A stretch of 64,000 bases of DNA from Marsupella aquatica (lineage: Eukaryota; Plantae; Marchantiophyta), in the NCBI GenBank assembly GCA_973895155.1, contig OZ316891.1:20410169-20474168 (forward strand). The letters are read 5' to 3'. Below, in pieces: positions 9,471-22,030 of the stretch (the stretch's first letter is position 1; each line of letters opens with the position of its first letter). The notes below the pieces were generated by a model, which did no database searches, was not told the DNA's origin, and saw only the letters and a list, made by a program, of their open reading frames with translations. The position numbers and the translations under genes are program-made.

Positions 9471-12400
9471 CCAAGATCTTAAAAGTTTCCAATGACCCTT
9501 ATCAAACATCAGATTAATTCAAAAAGATAGATGAATGGGAAGAAAAATAAAATGAACAAAAAATTTAATTTAATTTAATTTAATTTAATTTTAAAAAAAA
9601 TTAAAATGGGAAGAAAAATAAAATGAGCAGGGATTGGGAGAAGGCAAAAGAGGATGGGAAGTTAGAGTGGCAAGGAGAAATTTGAGTTTGCAAGTTTAGG
9701 TTTAGGTTTAATTGAGCTTTGTTGAGCTTTAGCCACTAGTTGTTGCACTTAGTTTAAGGTTAGTCACTTATTATTGAGGATTGGTATGTTCATTGACCGA
9801 ATGAATTGATTAGTATTTTACAATGGATTGTCTAGAAAATCTAGTGAGGAGGACAAGTAGTAGAAATACAAAGGCAAGCGGGAATAAATATGTACTATTA
9901 AAATTATGGAAAGTCTTATAACGTTCATGATCTAAAGGAATATATTGGTGGACCTTGCCACCCAACACCCTCACCAATCCCAGCACCCACGCCTAAGTGC
10001 CCTGGTGCCCAAACGCCTCCACAAAGTACCTCGAGCAAGCAACCTAGTGCCCCTTGCACCACCACCAGCCCCTCCCATACGAAGCCACACTTGCTCTTCC
10101 ACACGACCGCTACTCAAACGGTCCTCACTATCTGCACAAGCAATCAAGCGTCTCGGTAAATAACCCTTCATGATCTAGATCTCCCAAGTCTAGCATCTTA
10201 ACTCAAGCTCAACAGACATTGGTAAGTAGGTCAGCGATAGGTCCGACTAGAAGAAAACATGACCCTTTTTGATCAACCACCCAATGACAGAAATGCAATG
10301 ACACAAAATGAATGACTGGAGAATGACTGTCCAAAATGACCAATTGACTGAAATGACGAAATGATCGCTTTTGCGTCATTTTGTAAAATGTCTGTAATGA
10401 CTGATATGACCAAAATGACACAATTTTATTAAAATGGTCAATTTAGACATTCTCCCGATGCCATAAGCCAGAACCGATGCCCACTGTCCGTCCACAACAA
10501 CTCCTTCCTTGGGCACAACCCGGGTTCTGTCTCGTACCTATCCATCACTAACTGACCGCCCTGCCCCCAAGACATGCTCATGGCCCAAATAACGTAGCTT
10601 GTCCTAAAGCTTGTCCCTACATGTCGAGACCAGAATGGCCCTAACTTTAGCAACCAACTCCCGATTCTTGCCCCACTGATGGTCTAGGGGCCAAGTGCCC
10701 TTGGAACTCAACCTCCACACCTACTCCCGCACCTACTGGGCCTTGCCTCTCCAACGCAAGCTCCCTTGAGAAACTGAACGTGGTTTGACTGTTGTTTCGG
10801 CAGGATTTGGCAAGCGGGCGAGATAGCACCCGCAAACCTCAAGAACCTTCAGCGCCCCTAGACCCAGCTGAGCTCAGGAGGATGTAGCCCTCCTTGAGAG
10901 CTTTCCAACGCACCCAAGAAGTCCCCCAACGGGACTTCTCATTGAGAAGTTATCGTCATTTCTGTTTGGCGTTTTTCCTTAGGGTCGCGACCGCCCCGGC
11001 TCACGACTTCGGCTTGCCTTTAGCCCCCAGGGAGACACCACTCCCCTCATATATGCTTCTGTGGAGCTGCCACCCCCGGACTAACTTTGGTCTCCAAATT
11101 TTGGCCCCCAACCTGGACCCCAACCCGCATGTCTGGGCGTGCCACCAATTGGCAACGCCCATAACTTCCTAGTTACTTAGGCGTTCGCAAGTGGAGTGCC
11201 TTAGTCCGTTGTGATCGGGCCAACCCAGTGCTCATGCCTTGGCCCTCAGATCTCATCGCCGCTCGGGGCCCCTGATCGGCCAAACCCGGATCGAGCCATA
11301 GCAGGAGCCATAACTAGCTTGCGCCCCAAACGTCCGTTGCCCATGGAATCAACTCCAGTGGCCTTGGACCCAAGAGGAGCTCTCTACTCAAGCCCTCCAA
11401 ACTCAAAGTCCATACGGGGGTCTGGACGGTTGACCTTGAGCCCGTCCCTTTTCCCCTCGACCCGACCAGCTCTCAGATAGTCTAAGTCCTTAGTGCGTGA
11501 CACCATCTTGGCGCCTTGCCTTCGCCAGCGCCACGTCCCATTGCCCACAAGTCTCCCCATGCTAAGTCCTCCTTGGATGCCCTATCCGGGCCTAGACCAT
11601 AAGGGAGCTCGGCACCAGAGTCAACGACGCCGAAGCTAAGTGTTAAGGTAGTCGAGTTCTGCGACTAATATCTTCAAAGATCTGGCAGATTTAACTATAG
11701 CTAAAGGCAAGTTTAATTGCTTAATAATTGTTCCCCTGGTTTTCATTTGTATCATTTTTCCAAGAGCTGCAGAAGGGAAGATCTGGCCAATTAAAAAATC
11801 TGGGATTTACTACAATGCCACTCTTTTGTGTCATAATCACTACATTGCCACACTTTTTCTTTTATTTATCAGTATGTCACTCTTTTCAATCATGGGTTAA
11901 AAAACATTACTCAGGTAACTAACTACTCAAGATCCAATGTTTGACATTTCTCCTGGTCTCCCCATCCGATGGTCGTTGCTCCCCCTAGTTGCATTTAGAA
12001 CCCTCAGTTCATTTTGTGGAGGGGTGGGTTGGCTGCTCCAACTCTCCTCCATTTCCCGCAAACCCGATTGCCAATCACAACTACCACTACCACCATTATC
12101 CCTTTCCATTACTTGGCTAAGGTTTTCACCGTGACACCAAACAACAAACAGATTTACTCTTATGAGCAAAAAAATAAATTGTTACGAGCAAAAATTTCCT
12201 ATTATGAGCAAAATAGATAATCTAAACATATGTCATTAAAATTCACAATTTTCAAATTATTTTAAAACACAACAATTTTTGTTAGTGTAAGGCGATACTA
12301 TTACTAGCTCCGGGCGCCAGCCAAAAAATATTGACTCTACAAAAAAATTTAATATTTCCCTCCAAAAAAAAATTCCAATTTTTTTTTCTAAAAATCTTAC

Positions 12401-12494
12401 TATAACAGCGCCAACTGATCGAAGTCTCCTATGAAGAGCCTAGGTCTAGAGTGAAGCCTCTAGACCGTAACTCTATGGTCATCATACTCTATGT

Positions 12495-12765
12495 CATCAT
12501 GTGTATGTGAAAAACTCATATGGATGTGCATACAAAAAAAATGCACATAAAGGAGAATGGTATATTATATATGACTATTACAATGATGTTTTTTTTATCA
12601 TTTTATTAGCCTCCAAAGAATATGGCCATCATGTGCATGTGGAAACCTCATATGGATGGGCATACAAAAAGAATGATGTGCACATGATAAAGGAGAATGA
12701 TATATTATATATGATTATTAAAATGATGGGGTTGTTTATCATTTTATTAACCTTCAAAGAATATG
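12495..12765. repeat. Tandem duplication, two ~133-bp AT-rich units
   Basis: CATCATGTG...CTCATATGGATG...AAAGGAGAATG...ATCATTTTATTA...CAAAGAATATG at 12495-12624 and 12628-12765. Confidence 0.85.
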
Positions 12766-13115
12766 AATAGAGAATATATTTTGATGACATTTTTATTGTC
12801 CTTTCCGCTATCCAGTTCAAAGAACGGGTAGTCAGGGCTAGTTTTTCAAAAAAAATAGCTATCTGTTTGCTGTTACGAGTAACTGTTTGCTATTTGCTAT
12901 TTGCTGTCACGGTGGTTATACCCCCCACGTACGTGATTTGGCCCAGTTGCAAGCCAAATGAGATTCTTTCCTTATGCCTGTGAACCACTTGTAACTGTGT
13001 ACAAACTTGTATGTGGTTAAAACAAACTCTTAGCCACATCCCTTTAGAACAATTTTAAAAGGATATCATGCCAAAGTAAAGGGATGCATAGCTTGGGAGT
13101 ATAGGTACATTTCCT

Positions 13116-13230
13116 GAGGTATATGCTTAATAGACCCCCAAACAACAGTTTTTTGCTTGATCAGCCCCCAAAGTCTATTTGTTAACCAATCAACCCTCTA
13201 TGATAGCTATGTTACCCAATCGACCCCTCT
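13116..13230 (+). mobile_element. Mutator-like terminal inverted repeat with GA(T)CxACCCC subrepeats
   Basis: GAGGTATATGCTTAATAGACCCCC...TTTGCTTGATCAGCCCCC resembles the termini of the foldback element at 60767-60935. Superfamily assignment is inference. Confidence 0.4.
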
Positions 13231-15928
13231 GATAGTTTCTGGTGAAATGTTCTTGTATGGGGCATTATATTGTGTATGATCAAGAATGACATAACCGTAT
13301 TAGTATTGCAATCGTAGTCTACCTGAACCTGTCCATGGGTGCAAGCCACTTGACCAAACTGTCAACTGCATGTTTTTGGGCCGGCCGAGACGCTGACTAC
13401 CGAGGATGTAAACATGAAGTGAAGACAATATGTGTAATATATTTAAACATTCATTGTTAAATTGTCCTCAAACACGTGATCCAGACCATGTTCATTGTTT
13501 CACATTTTGTCACAACAACTTTTGTCTGTCATAAGGTTTGGGGAAATATATTGTAATGGAGGTCATTGGGAGGCAGAGCATCTTTTGAGTAACGTTTGCA
13601 TGCTATTTTGGTGGTAACATAATGTTGTGAGGTACACTTAGGGATATCAGTGGTTGGAGAGGACAATACCATTGTGCATCTTGGGCATAAAGGGGATATG
13701 TGTGAAGTTGACATTTGCATAGAGTGGGTCTATGTGAAGTGGACATTTTGAATGTGATTGGTTACCACCACAGGATAGAGCATGCCCAAAACAAGACACA
13801 ATTGCACATGGATTTAGGATGTGGCTAGGATACTTGATGGGAAAACCCACAAGAATTTAACGTCACCATCAATCATTTTTGATATTTGATTGCTTATTCT
13901 TGTGTATCCATTTCAAATCATGCCTATGTTTCTCGCTGCTTTGTTGAGGATTCTTAATGCAAAGTGTCTTCAATTGCTGGAAGTAGAAGCAAAGGAACTC
14001 AAATTCAAAAGCTCAAACTTTTCAACGATTTTGAAGAATTTGACAGGTGTTTGGATTCTTGGTTGTCACTATTGGTTGTGTGCTATAAAGGCTGAAAACA
14101 TCTAGTAATGTTTGAACTCAAGTGTGTAGATTTAGCAAAGTATATGTCTATGGGGGAGATGGACAGATCCGTCCCCAGTGGAATGCTGACAAAGATTCTC
14201 AACAAAGTAACCATGAACATTATGGAGCACAATATTACTACCTTAAACTTCACCTCTAAACTTCAGACAACTGAAGAATTGACCCCTAACCAACTAAAGA
14301 CCATATTAGTTTTGTCTTCAAACGCAAAAGTAGCCATGACTGCATTTGGTGCCATAATAATAATGCATGGGATCACACACAGATTGCGGGCGGACTGCTA
14401 CCTCAACACAGTTGTGGTGTACCACGGGCGGGACCATGGGCTCATATCATACGAAATTAGAGTTTAACATGATAAAGTCCCCAACAGTGCTCCTCAGAAG
14501 AACTGTGTGTAAGAAACTGTTAGAGGGGGTAGATTGGGTAACAAGTGGACTTTGGGGGTTGATCAGGCAACAAAGTGTTGTTTGGGGTAAGCGTTGTTTA
14601 CGGGTCTGTTGAGCATACACCTCTACATTTTCCTCACGTTTTTGGGGGTATGTATCTATGTTTGCTGAATGAAGTGAAGTCAAGTAGTGGGACCAGAGAG
14701 GACGGCGGCCAATGTCCTGCCAAAGATCATTACAGACCAGGAGATATTTGTTAAACGCACTCAAGACATCTCAAAGCCAAGCATAAGGTGGCCTCGATCT
14801 GACCTGCTCACCATAGCATAGCCTTTTACTACCACCTGGCTTGGACTTTACATACCTACTCTATATCTACTGGAATTATCTAGCCCTCTATCCAATAGTT
14901 GAGTTGTATTTAGACGTCATTCTAGCTGTACTTTATGTATTCATAATCCTTGTCCTTACATCAATATAGTGGAATTTTACTATTCCAGCATTGAACTCCT
15001 CTCAGTCCCTTGATATTGAATGAAATCAAATGTTTATTCACAAGCATTAATTCATGCATAAGTAGGCCCTCCACGAACTACAAGTGGCTTTACAAGACCT
15101 TAGGGGGACACAACGTCTTGGGGGGCCCCAACGACTTGTAAAGTAAGCTCAAGCAAAGGATACTAAAATTATTTGCTAGAAGACAATTAGGGGACCCACC
15201 ACCTAAAGTCACATAGTTCATTGGCTAGGCAAGTCTTGTTCTCAGAAGCGAAGATCTCATGAGAGGTATGTGGGTCCACTTTCAATGTAAAGACTCACAA
15301 TAGTGATTGGACCAAGTCCCAAGAAGCCAGACGAAGAAACCTTTACGTGGTCTAAAATCTGGGACACAAATGTGCTCCACATAAACAATAATTGGGCCCC
15401 ACTCTATGCCACGTAGGATGGGTTGCCTTGTAGAAAGAAACTGTCCCCACTCCCCAAGGACAGTTACTATTGTAAAAAGAACTACAACAGTATCTCCCCA
15501 ATGGATGGCCCTGATCACATCTTGCAGACAAAGAAAAACTAGAACAACTTTTATATACATTGCTACTAAAGATGGTTTAATTTACGCTCCTGCCACTCTT
15601 TTTACTGTATTTACAATACGCCATGGTTTTTATATGGTTACCCTGTCTAGCTAAGTTGATGAACTTGAAGCCATGACATGTTTCTGAATACAAGAAAAAT
15701 TGTGGAAATAATGACAAATGAAAATCTGTAGTGGGAAAGTAGTTAAAAGTTGAAAAATAGAAACTGCCACCAATGTCAATATTTTGTATGGCTACCCTTA
15801 TTTAGCTGCTTAGAAAAGCTATATATTACAGTGCAAAAAGCATAACAATGCCAAACTGGAAGACAGTGCAGTTGCATGGTGGCCATTCTAACCAAAAGGA
15901 AACAACCAACCCGGGATTCCGCTAAAGA

Positions 15929-16089
15929 AAAGCTTCTCATAAATTGAACCATGCACTTGCATGGCTACCATTCTTTAGCTTTGTAGGAAAGCTTCTTATA
16001 AATTGAGCCGCGCACTTGCATGGCGGCCATTGTTTAGCTCTTTTAGGAAAGCTTCTTATAAAATAATTGAACCGCGCAGTTGCACGGCA
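15929..16089. repeat. Tandem repeat, ~2.7 x 59-60 bp, upstream of the AGPase gene
   Basis: AAAGCTTCT(C/T)ATAAA..TTGA(A/G)CC..GCAC(T)TGCATGGC units start at 15929, 15988 and 16048. Confidence 0.85.
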
Positions 16090-16154
16090 CCGGGTCCCAA
16101 CACTACTATACTACTACGGCATTGTAATTTTGCTCCATCTCTGCAGTCGCCAGT

Positions 16155-16347
16155 TCTGTACAGTATATAAGGACATTAATGTACAGCCCAGTACAGTACA
16201 ATACAGTAAAGTAAAGTACAATACATTACAATACACTACAGTAGACTAGAGTAGACTACAGTACAGTCCTACGACTACAGTATCAGTATAGGTACATTCC
16301 ATTCCATGTCGACGAACGAAAGAACGAACGAACGAAACGAACGAACG
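16155..16347. repeat. Low-complexity (CAGTA)n-like and (AACG)n simple repeats in the AGPase promoter/5' region
   Basis: Degenerate ACAGT/ACAAT pentamers at 16155-16290 and GAAC/AACG tetramers at 16311-16347. Confidence 0.8.
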
Positions 16348-16794
16348 AGAGAAGAGGAATGCAGGCAGTCCTGCAGAGCTCGAGCTCGGGCAACGAGAGC
16401 GGCCTCGGAGGCTGTGAAACGGTCCACAATGCACGGTGTGCCGCAATCTCAGCTCCGTTGGATAGAAGCTTGACACCTCCTTGTCGACCTGCTCCGTGGC
16501 CGCAGAACGATTAATCAGCGTCGTCGGACGGGCAGCGCAAAGACGAAAAGAATTCTGGAGGTGGGCAATCGTCGTCTCGCTTTGCTGCGCTGGGACAGGC
16601 AAATCTGGGCAAGGGAAGGAAGAGCAAGAAAGCAAGATTTCAGTGCAGACGTTCCAGTCCCATCGGACAACGGGCGAGCAGGAAGAACCAATTCTGCTGC
16701 AAAGTTGGGAATTCGCTGTGCGGGATCGACGTACGTTCAATTAGCAGCTGAGAGGCGTCGTGGAAGAAGATATCGGAGCGGACGACCTAGATTG

Positions 16795-19700
16795 ATGGCC
16801 GCAGCTATGGCAGCTGCTTCGGTGTCCATGGGATGGTGGCATTCGGCTGTGGGTCGCACAGAGAGGGGGATCATTACGGAAAAGGATAAATTCCGTGAGG
16901 GGTTCGCTTCTGGCAGGAAGACGAGGTACGCATTTAAAGGAGATGCGGTGTCCAGGTCCTTGAAACAGAGGAGCATTAAAGCATTGGAGGGTAAGAGCAA
17001 CAGCGATGGTGGGAAGAAGAGTTCGACGAAGAATGGTTCAATTTCCGCATTGCTGACGGAAATGGCGACCGAAACTCTGGTATGTGGGTGGCAAATTTTT
17101 GGGTCTCGACGAGACATTAGAGGCCAGGATTACTATTTTGAAATGAAGCGTTTTCTTTCTTGAATGCGTTTGGTCATGATTACGACCTCTTCAGATTGGT
17201 TTTGTTTTTCACTTTGCAGCCTGGATATTTCCTGGCATTCGTTTGGCTCGACCGACAGAGATTCTTCCCGGTTTTGTTCCCCAATTCATCTGATAGAGAA
17301 AAGAGATAGCTGCCACACACCTTCTAGCAGTAATCCCGTCGTCGCTTAAATCTTCGTGCTGGGGATTTGTGATTCCAAATTTGTTTGTTCGCCTGTTTTT
17401 TCTTTCATTCATTTGCGAAGATGAGATGATCATATGGGAAATAACTAAATGCAATGACTCCGTTGCAAAATACTCTACTGCACCTCACTTCAGCGAGTGA
17501 CTGGCATGTTGGCTGGCGATGTGTCTGCAGTCACCAGTCGAGGAGAAGTCCCGTGCTGATCCTAAGACAGTTGTCTCTATCATTCTCGGAGGTGGAGCTG
17601 GAACCAGATTGTTCCCACTAACGAAAACGAGAGCCAAGCCAGCCGTAAGCACTCCCACCACTGTTCTTGATGGAGTTCTTAGTCAATTCTCGACCCAGAT
17701 GTCATCGCTGGCGGACAGTTTAATTCGGATTTCGTTTGTCGACTGTTTAGGTACCCATCGGCGGTGGGTACAGGCTGATCGATGTGCCCATGAGCAATTG
17801 CATCAATAGTGGCATCAACAAACTCTTTATCCTTACCCAGTTCAACTCGGCTTCCTTGAATCGCCACCTTGCCCGCACTTATAACTTTGGAAGCGGCATC
17901 AACTTTGGAGGCGGGTTCGTGGAGGTCAGTTTCCTTGACTCTGTTTGCGAAATCTCTCTGAGGGAAGATGGGATAGGGAAGCATGTTTTGGGCATCGTCG
18001 AGTCCGGACCATCCGGGATGCATTTCGGCAAACGTACATTGAAGGTTGCCAGTCTTTAACTAAAATACGCCACTCGAGCCCTCAAGTACAGCAGAAGAGC
18101 AATGCCGAAGATACTCTGCTTGCAGGGATGAGGATGCTGTGATAGTGGACAATTTTGAGCACCGAATGTCCATCGTTTTGACAGTTCCACATCACATTTG
18201 ATTTTAGTATGGATACCCTTTCGATTCTCCTACACCATTTCCTTGAGAGCCCAAGCATGTTTCTGGGTTGCCTCCTGAATAGGTTTGATCCGCAAGGAAG
18301 ATTTAGGTGAATTTCTGATGAGAAGGACCTTTTCACAAATTTCTTTATCTTGCAGGTGTTGGCTGCTACTCAAACCCCTGGGGAAGGTGGCAAAGAATGG
18401 TTTCAGGGAACCGCAGACGCTGTGCGGCAGTATCTTTGGCTCTTTGAGGTTAGCCTTGAATGTCGTTTTTAGAAGTGCTCTGTGAACTTTACCTGCCCGC
18501 TTGATGAATCGCTGTCCAATGAACTCTTAGTTGTATCGAAGAGCGTGGGAGCCTCCACTCTTTGGCAGTTGAATAGTGCATTCTAACACGCTTATTCTCA
18601 CCTTGACAAGGACGCGAAAAGCAAGAGCTTGGAGGATGTCTTGGTTCTCTCAGGAGATCATCTGTACCGCATGGACTACATGGACTTTGTTCAGGTGAGT
18701 AGTCGAGAGGTTGGCTTCGTCGGATGATCCTAGAGCACTTTTATTACTGTGTTCAAGATAGGGAGGTACGTCCTTGGACTTGAAATCTCTGTTGCTTTCA
18801 TTTGCTTCCAAGTACCCATATCTGAGGATCGCCACGGCTTTTGTCATTTGCAGAAACATAAGGACACCGGTGCCGACATAACCATATCATGTGTGCCTAT
18901 GGATGACAGGTGAGCTACAAAGAATATCTAAGGATCTTTGCCTTGCTCTGGGTTTACTGAACTTTAGCAGTAGATGTTGTACCTCAGGGTAAAGTGACGA
19001 ATTGACGCTTCATTCACTGGATGGACCATTGATAGATGTTTGGAGTGTTGCATGGGTGACCTCACCACTTTTGTTGCGAATTTTAGAGATGCTGTTTATG
19101 ATTTAAGGGCAAAGTTCCCTCGGATACGTGCTTTAGCCAAAGATGTGCTTTTTGGGCGTGCAGCCGTGCATCAGATTATGGGTTGATGAAAATTGACAAC
19201 AAAGGGCGAGTTGTATCTTTCAATGAGAAGCCGAAAGGAGCTGACTTGAAGGCCATGGTATAGTAACTCCCACATCTCCTCTATTTCTGCAAAGAGCGAT
19301 CATGACTTGACCTTTTTACTCGGTAGCGATTTCGTAGAAGCTGGACGAGCCAGAGTTCAAGATGATTGTCTTCGTGCCAGGTAATGCATATGTATTTAAG
19401 TTTATTGATATAAAAAATGTGGACTTTCGGTTTCAGCAAGTGGACACTTCAGTTCTGGGCCTGTCTCCCGGGGAGGCGAAACTATCCCCATACATTGCCT
19501 CCATGGGCATTTATATCTTTAAGAAAGAGATTCTGCTCAAGCTCCTGAGGTTGAACTCGTTCTTTATACCGATACTCAATGTGAAATCATCCTAGATACC
19601 AGTTCTGATAGTAACGTCAATGGGAAAGAATGCCTACCAATGTTGCTGAACTTGAAGGCACTTGAAGATCTCTCTGGAAGATTGACAATTTGTGGAGGAT

Positions 19701-22030
19701 CCTCATGTTAAAAGTTCGTACAATAGAAGATGACATGTTATGAGTTGTTGGCAGATGGAGGTTTCCAACTTCTAATGATTTTGGCTCGGAGATCATCCCC
19801 GCTTCTATTCCAGAGTTCAATGTACAGGTGAGTGGGACATTCAAAGTTTCCATGTTCTTGGACATCTTAGATCGCTTTTCTGCACGTTTGAGCTTTCATG
19901 TTGTGGTACTTCAGTTAAAATATAAGTCAGTATGAAATGTCTGCCGCATAGGTAACATTTTTGGTGACCTTTCAGGCATATTTATTCAAAGACTATTGGG
20001 AAGACATTGGAACGATCAAGTCCTTCTTTGATTCCAATCTGGCTCTTACTGCTCAGGTATGAGTTTTCATCGTTGATGGAGGCACCAAATGGGTCCATTA
20101 TATGTACCAGCAGAGCGGAGGGGGGGGGGGGGAGTGAGAAAAGAGAGGTGGGGGGTGGGGGTTTGAATAGAATTCTCTTGGATATGATTAAGATGGTTGC
20201 CTCACAAAAATGGTGAAAATAAATTGGAAGATTCCCGACCGGGACGTGCATCCGTTTTCCTTGGAGAATTGGGGCAAGTACTCGTTCGAGAAAGTCAGAA
20301 TTCTACCTACCTCTTGCACACTATGATAGATCAAGATCGTGAAAGCTAATAACGTTGTTGTGGCAGCCCCCGAAGTTTAGCTTCTATGACGCTGACAAGC
20401 CAATCTTTACGTCACCTCGATACCTCCCACCTTCAAAGATTGAGAAATGCAGGGTAAGTGGGGATGAGGTCACCCGTTATCTCCTGCTTGGTTGATGTTG
20501 CAAGTCTGGTACTATCCGAGAACCAATATTCCTTGCAGGCGGAGTTTCGCATTGCGTGCACAATCTCAAGTGGTACACCCTGGTGGCGGTGATGAGTGCA
20601 GGTTGTCGATTCCATCGTGTCACATGGGTGCTTTATTAAAGAATCCAGCGTGACGCACTCAGTTATTGGCCTTCGTTCTCAGCTCGATTCTGGGTGTGAC
20701 CTGGAGGTACGTCCTCGTTTAGTAGGAGGCTTGTGTTATGTTACCCACGTCTTGAAACTTGACCTCTGGTCTTCAGATGTCCTGAAAATCTTAGGGACCA
20801 TGTCGGTTTTAGGTGGCATTTCTTTGTCACTGACAAGCTATGCGATGCCGATGGATCACGTCCGTTCTTCTTCTTTTGCCTTACAAGGTTCAGATTCATA
20901 ATACTAGAGATAAGCGATGACCATGTACCTCTTTGATGTCTTTAAGATGTTGCTGTGAAAGGAAAGAAGATTTAATCCGAATTTGGAATCGAGCCATGCT
21001 GTGAATGAGTGGTTTTTTGTTTGCGGTGACGCAGGATACTTTCATGTTTGGAGCGGATTTTTATGAAACAGATGCAGAACGGGCCGCCCTACTTGCCAAA
21101 GGGAGGGTACCAATTGGTGTAGGCAAGAACACCAAAATCAGGTGAGCAGGGAAACTTTTTATCTTCCGTCTCTTTACAGGTTTTAGGTCCGAAGCCTTCG
21201 TTATACGAGTCCGAAGCCTTCGTTATACGACTAACTGAGCTGACTACATAGACGTTTCTAAGTAGAGAAGTTTCTTCGATGAAGAGCTGCTTGTATAGGA
21301 TGTTCGCAATGTAATCGACCTACTTCTGAGGCATGGAACTTATAATTCCTGGGTAAGGTCTTTACTTGCTGAATTTTATGCTTGCCATTGGAACACTGCT
21401 GGTGTCTTTCGTTTGCTCAAAGGAAAGCTGCTTTGTTTGTTACAGGAATGCCATTATCGACAAAAACGCCAGAATCGGTAGCGATGTCGTCATTACCAAT
21501 GCTGATGTGAGTTTCCTTAGCGATTTTGCTTACAAATTTGTTTTTTTCCGCTGTTTGTCTTCAGTAGTTTTGTTATAATCTCTGTTGAAAGGGTACCTTG
21601 AAGGTCTGTCCCTAAAAAACTTGTTTTTACGTTTAGATTGAATTAGAAACCTTAGTTGTCGTTCGACTACACTTATGTGCTACTTCCGATGACACGAAAA
21701 ACTTGACTTCCGGATATTTCTGTGATGAGTTCAATTCTGTCTAGTCGTGTTGTCGTAAAGTGGGATGATCTGATTGTCACCTACGCACGTTAGGATTGAC
21801 TCAATATGGGACGAAGGCGTCATTCTAGATCATCGCGTGTTAAGTCATGAACTTCCGTAAGATTGGAAAAATTGCTGAGCGGTAAACCCAATGTCTGAGA
21901 AACCTCTGTTTTCGATGATCTTTCGCAGAATGTGCAAGAAGCAGAGAGACCATCACAGGGGTACTATATCCGTGGCGGCATCGTAATCGTTACCAAAAAT
22001 TCCATAATTCCCAACGGAACCGTCATTTAG
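16795..22030 (+). CDS. APL: ADP-glucose pyrophosphorylase (glucose-1-phosphate adenylyltransferase) large subunit, plastid-targeted, 15 exons
   Basis: Exons 16795-17079, 17531-17644, 17751-17924, 18356-18448, 18611-18694, 18854-18909, 19164-19257, 19437-19549, 19755-19827, 19976-20056, 20367-20453, 20602-20706, 21035-21141, 21446-21506 and 21929-22030, all GT-AG. Motifs: [94 protein letters not shown]-terminal NGTVI*. The intron-rich structure and residues ([28 protein letters not shown]) fit the large subunit. Exon 1 looks like a transit peptide. Confidence 0.97.

Noticed and set aside
10870-10890. Partial miR390-like sequence or target (AGCTCAGGAGG)
   Set aside because: No precursor hairpin, no second site and no tasiARF/tasiAP2 sequence; it lies in degenerate TE-like DNA.
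16561-16794. N-terminal extension of the AGPase exon-1 ORF from a GTG
   Set aside because: A non-ATG start in a eukaryote; the ATG at 16795 begins a typical transit peptide.
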